From contig CAYZMY010000001.1 in the NCBI GenBank assembly GCA_964479605.1, positions 1-33,661 on the forward strand: a stretch of 33,661 nucleotides of DNA. Direction: 5' to 3'. Positions 18,678 to 29,793 of this stretch are shown in pieces. Position numbers and translations under genes: made by a program. Source of the stretch: an uncultured Campylobacterales bacterium (GTDB lineage: Bacteria; Campylobacterota; Campylobacteria; Campylobacterales; Hydrogenimonadaceae). Numbering within the stretch: the first letter of the stretch is position 1; every line of letters begins with the position of its first letter. The notes under the pieces are model-generated. The model searched no databases. It saw nothing but the letters and a program-made list of their open reading frames with translations, and had not been told where the DNA came from.

Positions 18678-21272
18678 TCATTCGAAGATTTTAAAGGGAA
18701 GCGTCAATGTCCGCTCAAGTATATTCAGAGGTGCTTTGATTAGATCTTTTGTCGCCTCTGTAGAAATTTTCGGATTCCCAAGGTTCCCTTTGACATTGAG
18801 AGTTACTGCAAGAGTACCGTCTTTTCCGAATATCAGATAGCCTGCAACAGGGATCTTGTTTAAAACACTTGTCAGGCTCTCCAAAAAATGTATCTGAAGT
18901 TTTAAAGAGATCATACTGTTTTCCAGATCTATTGTCCCTTTTCCTGTAATCTGGGCACTGTATCCCTCTATAACGATCTTTTTGAAAAAGAGTTTTCCCT
19001 CCTTGAAACGGTAATCCAATGCTCCCCGTTTGATTTTAAAGCCGTTTTTGCTGAATCCGGGGTTTTTGAGAGTCAGTATGGCCGGTATGGTGTTGAGAGT
19101 AGCCAGCAGGTTGTTGTACAAGGCTGTTTTTGCCCATAAAGAATCCCTCATAAGTATAGTTCCGTTGAAGTCGTCTATTTTCCCCTCGGCATTGAAATCG
19201 AAACTCCCTCCTTTTAGCTGATCGAGTGTTGTAAGCCCCTGCATTATCCTGTCTGAAAGATTTTTACCCGCGATATTCAAGTGTCCATCTTCGACGATAC
19301 CCCTGATTTCACCCTTATCGTGTTTAGTCTCAAATTTTATATTTAGAGGATCAGTATGGATTCTGACATTATAGAAGTCACAGGGAAGTTCAAGCTTTTT
19401 ATACGAGAGCCTGCTCCTATGCCCTTCGATATATAGCAGATGAGGAATATGTGAGGTCTCTTTGCCCATTTTTTTCATCATTTTCAGATTAGACTCTATC
19501 GTCTGCAGAAGAGTATCCGCATGGATATCGATATCTTTAATATTGAAAAAAGTCCGCTGACTCTGTGCTATAACAAACAGCTTGTCATTGATTTGGATAT
19601 GGACCTGACTTTCTCCGGTATCGGCTTTTATATCAAATCTATCTATTTTCTCTCCGCCTTTGGAAAATATATCGTTCGGATATCTGATTTTAGCATCTGC
19701 ATGAATCTTTGATCCTGCATAAAGCAGATGAAGAGTGCCGTTTTCGACAGGCTTGAGCGGCCCCTGAAAATATGGTTTCAGCAGCGTCAGGTTTCCGGCT
19801 TCCGCCTCTACGCCGCCGCCTTTTTTATATGTGAGATCGATTTGCATGGCCGGTATCGAAAATTTTATATCTTTTTTGAAATCGAGCAATATATCTACTT
19901 GATTCATTTTCATAGCTATCAGCGGAAGTCCATGATATTCAAATGCAGCCTTTTTTATTACAGGAGCGAAAACCCCCGTTTTGCTGTGCAGGTCTATTGA
20001 ACCGCTGAGATTGGCATCGAGATACGGTTCAAGTAATATCCGGCAGGGAAGGATATCTATCTTCGAGCCTTCCGAAACAACATTTAGATTTCTGACAGGC
20101 AGGGGTACTACATTGTCAAACAGAAGCTTCGCATATTTTGACCTGTAGAGCCCGTTATATTTCACGATTTTCCCTGTAACAAGCTGTACTGTAAAGTCGA
20201 CAACAGCGTCTGTAACACCTTCCGTTTGAACAAAAGGGAGATATATTCCGTAGGCATTCAGAATCGTTCTTATGGAATCATCTATTTTATCCCTGACGGT
20301 TATATGGGCGTCGAGTTCGGCTCTTCTGTTCGAAAGATTTCGAATTTTTACGTAACTGCCGTCAAGCTTCTTTCCTTCATATTGAGGTTTGTAGAGTTTG
20401 AACGAAAGAACATCGTTTTGCAAGGTTATATCGATTTTTGGAGTCGAAACAGGAGGAACATCTGGATGAAAGTGTATCTTTGCATCATAGGCGGTTGCAA
20501 AAGCGCTCAGTTTTGTCGGATCGAAATCTACAGAGCCGTCTTTTTTGAGGGTGAACCCGCCTTTTATATAATGAAGCAGATATCTTTTTGCCGGTATTTT
20601 CGGGTAGATCCATACTTTTATCTGTTCAAGAGGATTAATGTAATCGACAAGCGGCTTTATGGAACCGCAGGGTTGTGAATCGATTTCAAAAGAGAAATAG
20701 TCGTTTTTATGGCTTATACTAAAGTGCCCTTGAATGCCGAAAGCATCATAATTTCCTTCGCCCTTCCATACCTTTTTGCGGAAGTCGTATCTGATGTTTC
20801 CCGAAAGCTCTGCCTGCGGCTGCTTGATGAGCAGTTTTCTTATCTGGGCTTCCAGGCTTTTTGACTTTGGATCGAAAGTGATTTCGGAAGCGAGCTGGAA
20901 CCTGTCTGAATCGAAGTAAAAAACATCATCGCTGTAAAGCAGGTGAAATACCCTCTCTCCGACTATCAGGTTTTTTATGACGACTTTTCGGAAGTAGTTT
21001 GGCAGATACTCGACCAGTGTCGTAACCCTGTTCAGCTCTTTCACCGTTTTTACCGGTCCGTTCTGCTTCTTTACAGTAATGGAGTCTACGGAGATGATCA
21101 GTTTTTTATCGAGTTTTATGTAGAATTGGTTGATTTTCAGGCCGGGAAGAGAAATTTTCGGTATTGTTACACCCGATGTAAGAAAAAAGAAGAGAACTAT
21201 GAAAATAAGCAAAAGAGCCACAAAAATTTTGAGCATAGTCGAATGGAGTAGTTTGGCTGTAGTAATAATCAT
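18678..21272 (-). CDS. AsmA-like/YhdP-type envelope protein
   Basis: N-terminal TM anchor, long beta-rich body, C-terminal ITGKGTIDL...LNKIPVAGYLIFG...VKGNLGNPKI; start at 21272 or 21236. Confidence 0.8.
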   Translation of the reverse strand: MIITTAKLLHSTMLKIFVALLLIFIVLFFFLTSGVTIPKISLPGLKINQFYIKLDKKLIISVDSITVKKQNGPVKTVKELNRVTTLVEYLPNYFRKVVIKNLIVGERVFHLLYSDDVFYFDSDRFQLASEITFDPKSKSLEAQIRKLLIKQPQAELSGNIRYDFRKKVWKGEGNYDAFGIQGHFSISHKNDYFSFEIDSQPCGSIKPLVDYINPLEQIKVWIYPKIPAKRYLLHYIKGGFTLKKDGSVDFDPTKLSAFATAYDAKIHFHPDVPPVSTPKIDITLQNDVLSFKLYKPQYEGKKLDGSYVKIRNLSNRRAELDAHITVRDKIDDSIRTILNAYGIYLPFVQTEGVTDAVVDFTVQLVTGKIVKYNGLYRSKYAKLLFDNVVPLPVRNLNVVSEGSKIDILPCRILLEPYLDANLSGSIDLHSKTGVFAPVIKKAAFEYHGLPLIAMKMNQVDILLDFKKDIKFSIPAMQIDLTYKKGGGVEAEAGNLTLLKPYFQGPLKPVENGTLHLLYAGSKIHADAKIRYPNDIFSKGGEKIDRFDIKADTGESQVHIQINDKLFVIAQSQRTFFNIKDIDIHADTLLQTIESNLKMMKKMGKETSHIPHLLYIEGHRSRLSYKKLELPCDFYNVRIHTDPLNIKFETKHDKGEIRGIVEDGHLNIAGKNLSDRIMQGLTTLDQLKGGSFDFNAEGKIDDFNGTILMRDSLWAKTALYNNLLATLNTIPAILTLKNPGFSKNGFKIKRGALDYRFKEGKLFFKKIVIEGYSAQITGKGTIDLENSMISLKLQIHFLESLTSVLNKIPVAGYLIFGKDGTLAVTLNVKGNLGNPKISTEATKDLIKAPLNILERTLTLPFKIFE

Positions 21273-22158
21273 TTTGTCGCTCTGCTATTATCTCATTCAG
21301 CCGGTCAGAACGAGTAGAGTTGTCTACCTGCCGGCCGGTTCGGTGGCGTCGATTATATCATATCTGCACGAAAGCGGGATGGATATAAACACCCTTGACC
21401 GGTATCTTGTAAGATTTTTCGGTTATCCCCAGAAGGGCTGGATCGATATCGGAACTACAAAACTGGCCAAAGGAGATCTACTGTACCGTCTTACCCACGC
21501 CAAAGCGGCAATGACGGAAGTCACTCTGATTCCGGGAGAGACGAGGGAGCTGTTTTTTCAAGATATCGCACAGGAACTTCACCTCGACAGGGAAAAGCTC
21601 GATGCGGCTTACAGCAATTATGCGCCGTATCCTGACGGTGTTATATTTCCCGATACATATTATATACCGATAGGAATAAGTGAAGAGCACCTGGTATATT
21701 ATCTGGTAAAAAAATCACTGGCCAGACATGAAGAACTGGCAAAAAAGTTTTTCGGCATATACAACACCAAAAAATGGTTTCGATATGTAACGATTGCGTC
21801 TATTATCCAAAAAGAGGCGGCAGATGCCCGGGAGATGCCGCTTGTCTCGTCGGTCATCTACAACAGGCTAAAAAAGAAGATGCCGCTTCAGATGGACGGT
21901 ACACTCAATTACGGGGCTTTCTCCCATCAAAAGGTGACAAAAAGACGTATTCTGTCGGACAACACGCGGTTTAATACATATAAATACAGAGGCATTCCTC
22001 CATATCCCGTCGGCAGCGTCTCTCTCGATGCACTAAAAGCGGCCGTAAAACCGGCAAAAAGCGACTATCTATATTTTGTGAAGGGAAAAAGCGGAAAGCA
22101 TATTTTTACGAAGAGTTACAAATCGCATTTGAGAGCTCTAAAAAGTGTGAATAAATGA
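21199..22158 (+). CDS. mltG: Endolytic transglycosylase MltG (YceG)
   Basis: VTLIPGET, DGVIFPDTY, ASIIQKEA, VIYNRLKKKMPLQMDGT, NTYKYRGIPP, YLYFV; exact start uncertain. Confidence 0.92.
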   Translation: MKISKRATKILSIVEWSSLAVVIIILSLCYYLIQPVRTSRVVYLPAGSVASIISYLHESGMDINTLDRYLVRFFGYPQKGWIDIGTTKLAKGDLLYRLTHAKAAMTEVTLIPGETRELFFQDIAQELHLDREKLDAAYSNYAPYPDGVIFPDTYYIPIGISEEHLVYYLVKKSLARHEELAKKFFGIYNTKKWFRYVTIASIIQKEAADAREMPLVSSVIYNRLKKKMPLQMDGTLNYGAFSHQKVTKRRILSDNTRFNTYKYRGIPPYPVGSVSLDALKAAVKPAKSDYLYFVKGKSGKHIFTKSYKSHLRALKSVNK

Positions 22159-22257
22159 AACAGTAACTACAGTTGAAGCGCCATTCTCCTGCTATTTATC
22201 GTTAACTAAAAGATAGATTGCTACTATAGAATCTACAAATCACCTAAGGAGAAAGTT

Positions 22258-24447
22258 ATGGCATCAGCTCCAACAATTGTTTGGACAAAAATCGATGAGG
22301 CTCCGGCACTGGCAACCTATTCTCTGCTTCCCATAGTAAAGAAGTTTGTCGGAAAGGCCGGTGTTGACGTTCGGCTAAGCGACATTTCACTGGCAGGCAG
22401 AGTTCTTGCCGCCATGGGAAAACAGACAGATGAACTTGCCAAACTCGGCGAACTGGTACTAAAACCTGAGGCAAATATTATCAAACTGCCGAATATTTCA
22501 GCATCACTTACACAGCTGAAAGATTGTATCGCCGAGCTTAAAAGCCAGGGGTACGATATTCCGGACTATCCTGAAAATCCCCAAACAGATGAAGAGAGAG
22601 AGATTGCAACCAAATATGGAGCATGCATGGGTTCTGCGGTCAACCCGGTTCTTCGGGAGGGCAACTCGGATCGACGTTCCGCGCACGCAGTTAAAAAGTA
22701 TGCCCAGGAGCATCCTCACAGACTCAAGCCTTTTGCTGAAAATTGCAAGGCTCGTGTTGCACACATGGAGGGCCACGGTGATTTCTATGCAAACGAGAAG
22801 TCGGTAATCGTACCCAAAGCCCAGACTCTCAAGATTCAGCTGAACGACAATGTTCTAAAAGAGATAGAAGTAGATACCGACGAAGTTATCGACGCGACGT
22901 TCATGTCGGTCAAGGCTCTTCGAGAATTTTATCTCAAGACGATTCAAGAGGCGAAAGAGAAAGGACTTATCTGGTCGCTGCATCTGAAAGCTACAATGAT
23001 GAAGATCTCCGACCCGATCATGTTCGGCCATGCCGTTGAGGTCTTTTTCAAAGATGTCTTTGAGAAGTATGCGGATGAACTGGAGAAGATCGGCTTCACC
23101 CCGAACCAGGGTCTGGGTGACCTTTACGACAAACTCAAAAAGTCCGACAAGGCGGAAGAGATTGAAGCAGCCATCAAGGATGCCATTGTCAATTCCGATC
23201 CTACTCTGGCTATGAGTGACAGCGACAAACTGATAACCAACCTCGATGCACCAAACCTGATCATTATAGATGCCTCTATGCCGGTTGTTATCCGGGAAGG
23301 CGGCAAGCAGTGGGATAAAGACGGCAATGCCGGTGAGACCCTTGCTGTGATTCCTGACAGTACCTATGCGATGTTCCATGAAGCGATGATGGAAGATTGC
23401 AAGAAAAACGGCCAGTTCGATGTAACAACAATGGGGCGTGTCTCCAATGTCGGTCTTATGGCCAAAAAAGCTGAAGAGTACGGTTCTCATCCGACAACTT
23501 TCGAAGTAGCTGAAGACGGCGTTATGAGGGTGCTCGACGAGAACGGTACAGTGCTGATGGAGCATCAGGTTGAAAAAGGTGATATCTGGCGGCTGGTGCG
23601 TACCAAAGATATCGCTATTCGCGACTGGGTTCGCCTTGCCGTTGAGCGTGCAAGAATCGAAGGAGTACCTGCGGTATTCTGGCTTGACGAGAATCGTGCA
23701 CACGACGCCAATATGATCAAACTTGTCGAAAAATACCTCAAAGAGCATGATACTACCGGTCTTGACCTGCCTATCATGCCGGTAACGCAAGCCACTTATT
23801 ACACCAATGAGCGTGTGCGTGCAGGTAAAGATACAATTTCGGTAACAGGTAACGTTCTGCGTGACCACCTAACCGACATGTATCCGATTCTGGAACTTGG
23901 AACTTCAGCCAAAATGCTCTCAATTGTACCTCTGCTTGCGGGCGGCGGACTCTTCGAGACCGGTGCCGGCGGTTCCGCACCAAAGCATGTTGAGCAGTTC
24001 CTGAAAGAGGGTCACCTGCGCTGGGACAGCCTGGGAGAGTTCCTGGCTCTGGCAGAATCGCTGCGTATGGAGTATATGAAGTCTGAAGATGAGAGGATAG
24101 GTGTAATGGCCGATACACTGGACAAAGCCAATGAAGGTTATCTCAACAACGACAAAGCACCTGCGAGAAAGTGTGGAGAACCAGACAACAAAGCATCACA
24201 TTACTGGGTTGCTCGTTACTGGGCGGAAGCGCTTAGTACACAGACTGTTGACGAGGAGATGAGCAAAACGTTTACACCGGTTGCTGAAGAGCTCATATCC
24301 AACGAAGAGAAAATTCTCTCCGAACTGCTTGCAGCCGAAGGCAGCCCGAAAGATATCGGAGGCTATTTCAAGCCTGACGATATCAAAGCCGAACAAGCTA
24401 TGCGTCCGAGTCAGACTCTCAACAAAATAATCGATTCGATTGCTTAA
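22258..24447 (+). CDS. icd: Monomeric-type isocitrate dehydrogenase
   Basis: [59 protein letters not shown]; SD AAGGAG. Confidence 0.97.
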   Translation: MASAPTIVWTKIDEAPALATYSLLPIVKKFVGKAGVDVRLSDISLAGRVLAAMGKQTDELAKLGELVLKPEANIIKLPNISASLTQLKDCIAELKSQGYDIPDYPENPQTDEEREIATKYGACMGSAVNPVLREGNSDRRSAHAVKKYAQEHPHRLKPFAENCKARVAHMEGHGDFYANEKSVIVPKAQTLKIQLNDNVLKEIEVDTDEVIDATFMSVKALREFYLKTIQEAKEKGLIWSLHLKATMMKISDPIMFGHAVEVFFKDVFEKYADELEKIGFTPNQGLGDLYDKLKKSDKAEEIEAAIKDAIVNSDPTLAMSDSDKLITNLDAPNLIIIDASMPVVIREGGKQWDKDGNAGETLAVIPDSTYAMFHEAMMEDCKKNGQFDVTTMGRVSNVGLMAKKAEEYGSHPTTFEVAEDGVMRVLDENGTVLMEHQVEKGDIWRLVRTKDIAIRDWVRLAVERARIEGVPAVFWLDENRAHDANMIKLVEKYLKEHDTTGLDLPIMPVTQATYYTNERVRAGKDTISVTGNVLRDHLTDMYPILELGTSAKMLSIVPLLAGGGLFETGAGGSAPKHVEQFLKEGHLRWDSLGEFLALAESLRMEYMKSEDERIGVMADTLDKANEGYLNNDKAPARKCGEPDNKASHYWVARYWAEALSTQTVDEEMSKTFTPVAEELISNEEKILSELLAAEGSPKDIGGYFKPDDIKAEQAMRPSQTLNKIIDSIA

Positions 24448-24452
24448 ATGCG

Positions 24453-24485
24453 ATCTGTTTCTCCGCCTTCTGGCGGAGGAAAGAT
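24453..24485 (+). terminator. Stem-loop between icd and mdh
   Basis: CTCCGCC-TTCT-GGCGGAG with extended flanks; no good U-tract. Confidence 0.4.
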
Positions 24486-24606
24486 AGGTGGATAAAGCTT
24501 TGAGAAAGAAGTTTTATTCGTTTATCTTCAGCGTCCCTTCTTTTAACAGGATATACTCAAAGTCTCCCGAAACGGCAGGCTGAAAAATTAACAAAAAGGA
24601 TTGCCA

Positions 24607-25566
24607 ATGGGAAAAGGAAAACGTGTCGGAATCGTTGGAGCCGGAAACGTCGGCTCCACTGCGGCATTTATTCTTGCCATGAACGGTGTATGCCACGAAA
24701 TAATTCTTCGTGACAACAAGATAGATATAGCAAAAGGTAAAGCACTCGATATGAGCCAGGCTGCGGCAGCCGCCAGAAGCCATACAATCGTTTCTGTCGC
24801 TGAAGAGCCGAGCCAGCTGAGTGACTGCGATGTGGTTGTAGTAACCGCGGGAAGTCCCAGGCTTCCGGGTATGAGTCGCGATGACCTGCTTCTAAAAAAT
24901 GCGGAAATCACAAGAGAAGTAGTGAGAGACATCAAGACATTCTCTCCTAATGCCATCATTATCATGGTTTCCAATCCTCTCGATGCAATGACATATGTTG
25001 CGCTCAAAGAGAGTGGATTCGAAAGAAACAGGGTTCTCGGTATGGCCGGTATTCTCGACAGTTCCCGTATGGCTTATTTCATACAGGAAAAACTGGGATA
25101 CGGCGCCGGTCAGATTCGTGCTTCTGTTATGGGAGGTCACGGAGATGACATGGTTCCTCTTCCGCGCTACTCTACAGTCGCCGGTGTACCTCTCAATGAC
25201 CTCCTTACAGATGAAGAGATCGATGAGATTGTAGAAAGAACCAAGCACGGCGGTGCAGAGATCGTCGGTTATCTGAAGACCGGTTCCGCATACTATGCGC
25301 CGGCAAAAGCCACGACTATTATGGTCGAAGCTATCTTGAAAGATACAAAGCAGATATACCCGTGTGCTGTTCATCTGGATGGTGAGTACGGTTACAGCGA
25401 TGTAGTCAGCGGCGTACCGGTCAGTATAGGAGCAAACGGTGCGGAAGATATTATTAATGTATCTTTGAATGCCTGTGAGCGTAAAATGTTCAAAAAATCG
25501 GTCGAATCGGTACAGAGTTTGATCGATTCGCTCAATTCTCACAAATTTTTCGGAGACAGCCAATGA
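24607..25566 (+). CDS. mdh: Malate dehydrogenase (LDH-like)
   Basis: [47 protein letters not shown]. Confidence 0.95.
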   Translation: MGKGKRVGIVGAGNVGSTAAFILAMNGVCHEIILRDNKIDIAKGKALDMSQAAAAARSHTIVSVAEEPSQLSDCDVVVVTAGSPRLPGMSRDDLLLKNAEITREVVRDIKTFSPNAIIIMVSNPLDAMTYVALKESGFERNRVLGMAGILDSSRMAYFIQEKLGYGAGQIRASVMGGHGDDMVPLPRYSTVAGVPLNDLLTDEEIDEIVERTKHGGAEIVGYLKTGSAYYAPAKATTIMVEAILKDTKQIYPCAVHLDGEYGYSDVVSGVPVSIGANGAEDIINVSLNACERKMFKKSVESVQSLIDSLNSHKFFGDSQ

Positions 25567-26414
25567 GGGAAGTTTCTTATGAAGATATAGTGAAAGCTGT
25601 AAAAAATATGGTTATCCATACCGCGACGAATTTGCCAGAAGATGCATTGAAAAAGCTCAAAGAGGCTCACGAAAAAGAGAAAAGCCCGGTTGCCAAAAAG
25701 GTTCTCGAGCAGCTTCTTGAGAATGCTGATATCGCCCGTGAAGAGAAGCGTCCTCTCTGCCAGGATACCGGCCTGGCCGTCTACTTTGTAAAAGTCGGAC
25801 AGGATGTCAGAATTACCGGAGGCCTGCTTAAAGATGCTATCAACGAGGGAACGGAACAAGGGTATATAGAGGGTTACCTTCGTGCATCTACATGTGACTG
25901 TTTTACCAGAGAGAATCTCAAAGAGAAGGTCGGCTACAATCTGCCTGCAGTCATACATATCGACCTTGTTGAAGGCGACAAAATAGATATAGAGTATGCG
26001 GCCAAGGGCGGTGGAAGCGAAAACGTAAGCAGAGCACGTGTCCTCGCCCCTGCACAGGGCAGGCAGGGCGTTATAGATTTTGTAAAAGATGTCATCTCCG
26101 AAGCAGGTCCCAACCCGTGCCCTCCCATAATCGTAGGAGTGGGGATCGGCGGTACGTTTGAAAAGGCTGCAATTTCCAGCAAACATGCCCTTTTCAGGGA
26201 AGCGGGAGAACCGAATGCGGATCCCGGCGTGGCTGAATTCGAAAAAGAGCTCCTTTATGAGCTGAACAAACTCGGAATCGGGGCGATGGGAATGGGAGGA
26301 ACAGAAACTGTTCTGGCAGTACATATCGAGAAAAACCCCTGCCATATTGCAAGTCTGCCGGTAAGCGTAAATGTACAGTGCCACAGCAGCAGACATAGCC
26401 ACATAACGCTGTAA
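25563..26414 (+). CDS. Class I two-subunit fumarate hydratase, alpha subunit
   Basis: [44 protein letters not shown]. Confidence 0.93.
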   Translation: MREVSYEDIVKAVKNMVIHTATNLPEDALKKLKEAHEKEKSPVAKKVLEQLLENADIAREEKRPLCQDTGLAVYFVKVGQDVRITGGLLKDAINEGTEQGYIEGYLRASTCDCFTRENLKEKVGYNLPAVIHIDLVEGDKIDIEYAAKGGGSENVSRARVLAPAQGRQGVIDFVKDVISEAGPNPCPPIIVGVGIGGTFEKAAISSKHALFREAGEPNADPGVAEFEKELLYELNKLGIGAMGMGGTETVLAVHIEKNPCHIASLPVSVNVQCHSSRHSHITL

Positions 26415-26423
26415 GGATTGAGA

Positions 26424-26984
26424 ATGAGTCAAGTACACTATCTAACAACACCGCTCAGCGATGAAGATGTAGAGAATCTGAAAGCGGGAGATATAGTCTA
26501 TCTCTCCGGTATTATCTTTACGGCCCGCGATGCTGCCCACAAACGGCTTGTAGATCTTATAGAAAACAAGGAAGAGCTGCCTTTTCAGCTTGACGGTGCA
26601 GTCATATATTTTGTAGGACCCACTCCTCCAAAGCCCGGTGACCCCATAGGAAGTGCGGGGCCGACTACCAGCTACCGCATGGACAGCTACTCTCCGACGC
26701 TGATCAAACACGGCCTCAAGGGTATGATCGGTAAAGGGAAAAGGAACCAGGAAGTAAAAGATGCCTGTAAAGAGTACAAGGCTGTATACTTCGGTGCCAC
26801 AGGCGGTGCAGGTGCGCTGCTGGGAAAACTTATAAAAGAGGCGAAAGTTATTGCATACGAAGAGCTTGGGCCCGAGGCTGTCAGAATGCTTCGTGTAGAA
26901 GACTTTCCGGTTACAGTCATAAACGATGCTTACGGCAACGACCTGTATGAAGAGGGCCGAAAGCAGTACGAAGTAAAAGACTGA
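26424..26984 (+). CDS. Class I two-subunit fumarate hydratase, beta subunit
   Basis: [31 protein letters not shown]; AAGGA SD favours ATG 26424. Confidence 0.93.
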   Translation: MSQVHYLTTPLSDEDVENLKAGDIVYLSGIIFTARDAAHKRLVDLIENKEELPFQLDGAVIYFVGPTPPKPGDPIGSAGPTTSYRMDSYSPTLIKHGLKGMIGKGKRNQEVKDACKEYKAVYFGATGGAGALLGKLIKEAKVIAYEELGPEAVRMLRVEDFPVTVINDAYGNDLYEEGRKQYEVKD

Positions 26985-27007
26985 AATTCAAAGCAAAGGA
27001 TGGAACT

Positions 27008-28171
27008 ATGAACATACATGAGTATCAAGCGAAAGAGATTTTTCGTCAGTACAGCGTACCCGTTCCGAACGGACAGGTTGCGTTCAGCCCTGATGAGGCA
27101 GTCGAAGCCGCGCGCAATCTGGGTGGGAAGCTGTGGGTTGTAAAAGCACAGATTCATGCAGGCGGACGCGGACTCGGGGGAGGAGTAAAACTTGCAAAAT
27201 CTCTCGACGAGGTAAAAGAGCTCGCCGACCAGATTCTTGGAATGACTCTGGTAACACACCAGACCGGGCCGGAAGGCAAAGTTGTTCACAAGATTTATGT
27301 GGAAGAGGGTGCTGATATCGCCAAAGAGTACTATCTCGGTATGCTGCTGGACCGTGCTGCAGAGATGCCTGTTATGATGGCTTCAACAGAGGGCGGAATG
27401 GAGATTGAGAAAGTCGCCGAAGAGACTCCTGAAAAGATTGTTAAGGTAAATATAGACCCTGCTATCGGATTCCAGGGCTTTCACGGCCGCCAGCTGGCAT
27501 TCGGACTCGGGCTCGCAAAAGAGGAGATCGGACCTTTTATAAAGTTTGCCAAAGCTCTGTATGAAGTTTATATGGACAAAGATGCCGAAATGATCGAAAT
27601 CAACCCTCTGATAAAGACAGGGGACGGAAAATTCCTGGCACTCGATGCAAAAATGGGTTTTGACGACAACGCTCTGGGACGCCACCCCGATATCCTGCAG
27701 ATGCGTGATCTCAATGAAGAAGAACCTACAGAGATAGAGGCCAAAGAGCATGGCCTCAGCTATATAAAACTCGACGGAAACGTCGGTTGTATGGTAAACG
27801 GAGCGGGTCTTGCTATGGCTACGATGGATATTATCAAACATGAAGGCGGAGAGCCGGCAAACTTTCTCGACGTGGGTGGCGGAGCAAACCCCGAGACAGT
27901 GGCGAAAGGATTTGAAATTATCCTCAAAGATCCGAATGTGAAAGCGATTTTTGTAAATATCTTCGGAGGCATTGTACGCTGTGACCGTGTTGCAAACGGA
28001 ATTCTTGAAGCTACGAAAATTACGGATGTCAACGTTCCGGTCATTGTAAGACTCGACGGTACGAATGCAACAGAGGCGGCGGAAATCCTGAACAACGCCG
28101 GCATAAAAAATATTATAGCTGCTGATGATCTTGCCGACGGTGCAAAAAAAGCGGTCGAAGCTGCGAAGTAA
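27008..28171 (+). CDS. sucC: Succinyl-CoA synthetase beta subunit
   Basis: [58 protein letters not shown]. Confidence 0.97.
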   Translation: MNIHEYQAKEIFRQYSVPVPNGQVAFSPDEAVEAARNLGGKLWVVKAQIHAGGRGLGGGVKLAKSLDEVKELADQILGMTLVTHQTGPEGKVVHKIYVEEGADIAKEYYLGMLLDRAAEMPVMMASTEGGMEIEKVAEETPEKIVKVNIDPAIGFQGFHGRQLAFGLGLAKEEIGPFIKFAKALYEVYMDKDAEMIEINPLIKTGDGKFLALDAKMGFDDNALGRHPDILQMRDLNEEEPTEIEAKEHGLSYIKLDGNVGCMVNGAGLAMATMDIIKHEGGEPANFLDVGGGANPETVAKGFEIILKDPNVKAIFVNIFGGIVRCDRVANGILEATKITDVNVPVIVRLDGTNATEAAEILNNAGIKNIIAADDLADGAKKAVEAAK

Positions 28172-28291
28172 AGGGTAAAAAGCGTTAAATGAAAGTGAAC
28201 TGCTTCGCTTTCATAGCTTTTTGCGAGTTTTTGGTATGCAAACTTGCATCCAAAAAGTCAGGTTACCGATTTTTAAAAAGGAGAAATTTTT

Positions 28292-29164
28292 ATGAGTATT
28301 CTAGTAAATAAAGATACAAAAGTAATCGTCCAGGGGTTTACCGGTAAAGAGGGTACCTTCCACGCTTCACAGTGTATCGATTACGGTACCAAAATCGTCG
28401 GCGGTGTAACTCCGGGCAAAGGTGGACAGGAACACCTTGGGCAACCTGTTTTCAATACCGTCAAAGAGGCTGTAGAGACAACCGGTGCTACCGTTTCAAT
28501 GATCTTCGTTCCGCCGGCTTTCGTGGCTGATGCCGTAATGGAAGCTTCCGATGCGGGGATCGAGCTTGCGGTAATAATTACTGAGGGAGCGCCGGTAAAA
28601 GATATGATGTTTGCAAAGGCATACGCTACAAAAAAGGGGATGAGCACAATCGGACCGAACTGCCCGGGTGTAATTACAGCCGAAGAGTGCAAAATAGGTA
28701 TTATGCCTGGATTCATTTTCAAGAAAGGTCCCGTAGGGCTTATCTCCAAGTCCGGCACACTCACATATGAAGCTTCAAACCAGGTTGTAAAAGAGGGACT
28801 GGGAATCACAACCGCAGTCGGTATCGGCGGAGACCCGATTATCGGTCTGAGCTACAAGCAGCTTCTTCCGATGTTTGAAGCCGATCCGGAAACGGAAGCG
28901 ATCGTTATGATCGGCGAAATCGGAGGAGATCTGGAGATACAGGCGGCAGAATTTATAAAAGAGCACATAAGCAAGCCCGTTGTTGCATTCATTGCGGGCC
29001 AGACTGCTCCCAAAGGAAAGCGTATGGGCCATGCGGGAGCCATTATCTCCGGCGGAAGCGGAACAGCTGCCGAAAAGATGGCTGCACTCGAAGCTGCAGG
29101 TGTCAAGGTTGTCGTTTCGCCGGCGGATATCGGCAAAGCTGTCAAAGAAGTGATGGGAAAGTAA
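28292..29164 (+). CDS. sucD: Succinyl-CoA synthetase alpha subunit
   Basis: [37 protein letters not shown] (phospho-His). Confidence 0.97.
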   Translation: MSILVNKDTKVIVQGFTGKEGTFHASQCIDYGTKIVGGVTPGKGGQEHLGQPVFNTVKEAVETTGATVSMIFVPPAFVADAVMEASDAGIELAVIITEGAPVKDMMFAKAYATKKGMSTIGPNCPGVITAEECKIGIMPGFIFKKGPVGLISKSGTLTYEASNQVVKEGLGITTAVGIGGDPIIGLSYKQLLPMFEADPETEAIVMIGEIGGDLEIQAAEFIKEHISKPVVAFIAGQTAPKGKRMGHAGAIISGGSGTAAEKMAALEAAGVKVVVSPADIGKAVKEVMGK

Positions 29165-29170
29165 GCGGTA

Positions 29171-29470
29171 ATGTTTAAAACTTACGAAGTTGCCAATATT
29201 CGATGTGACGGGTGTGCCAACACTATAAAAAAGGCACTCTCTGAGCATTTTGGTAACAGCGTCGACGTCGATTTGAGTGTGATGCCACGAAAGGTAACAG
29301 TAGAGATAAAGGGGGATGCCGATGAGGAGCTTTTTATTTCGACCTTAAGAAAGCTGGGTTATCCTCTAATCGATGATGAGGTTTCAAACATCGAAGGCGT
29401 GGTGATGAAAGGTAAAAGTTTCGTCTCCTGCGCTGTAGGAAAATTCAATCCAACGAAGGAGAAGCAATGA
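29171..29470 (+). CDS. Heavy-metal-associated (HMA/CopZ-like) domain protein
   Basis: NIRCDGCANTI (CxxC), LRKLGYP, C-terminal KSFVSCAVG. Confidence 0.8.
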   Translation: MFKTYEVANIRCDGCANTIKKALSEHFGNSVDVDLSVMPRKVTVEIKGDADEELFISTLRKLGYPLIDDEVSNIEGVVMKGKSFVSCAVGKFNPTKEKQ

Positions 29471-29784
29471 GTCTGATGAAAGCACCGGAAAATACACCGG
29501 TCTGGACCGACGAGAGTCGCTGTAAAGCTTGTGATATCTGTGTATCTGTCTGCCCTGCAGGCGTACTGGCTATGCGTTATGAACCCCATTCCGTACTGGG
29601 AGCTATGATAACAGTAGAAGCACCTGAACTTTGTATAGGCTGTAACGACTGCGAGCTGAGCTGCCCTGATTTCGCTATTTTCGTAGCGGACAGGAAAGAG
29701 TATAAATTCGCAAAATTGACCGATGCGGCAAAAGAGCGGGCTGAAGCTATAAAAAGCAACAAATATATGACGCTGAGCGCATAA
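29467..29784 (+). CDS. oorD: 2-oxoglutarate:acceptor oxidoreductase delta subunit, 2x[4Fe-4S]
   Basis: CKACDICVSVCP and CIGCNDCELSCP; upstream of oorABC. Confidence 0.93.
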   Translation: MSLMKAPENTPVWTDESRCKACDICVSVCPAGVLAMRYEPHSVLGAMITVEAPELCIGCNDCELSCPDFAIFVADRKEYKFAKLTDAAKERAEAIKSNKYMTLSA

Positions 29785-29793
29785 GGAGCAAGA

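Noticed and set aside
22855-23868. Long antisense ORFs (337 aa opposite icd; also 1235-2059, 11778-12638, 25539-26438, 31523-32407, 3134-3916)
   Set aside because: Shadow frames of well-supported genes, with no recognisable motifs.
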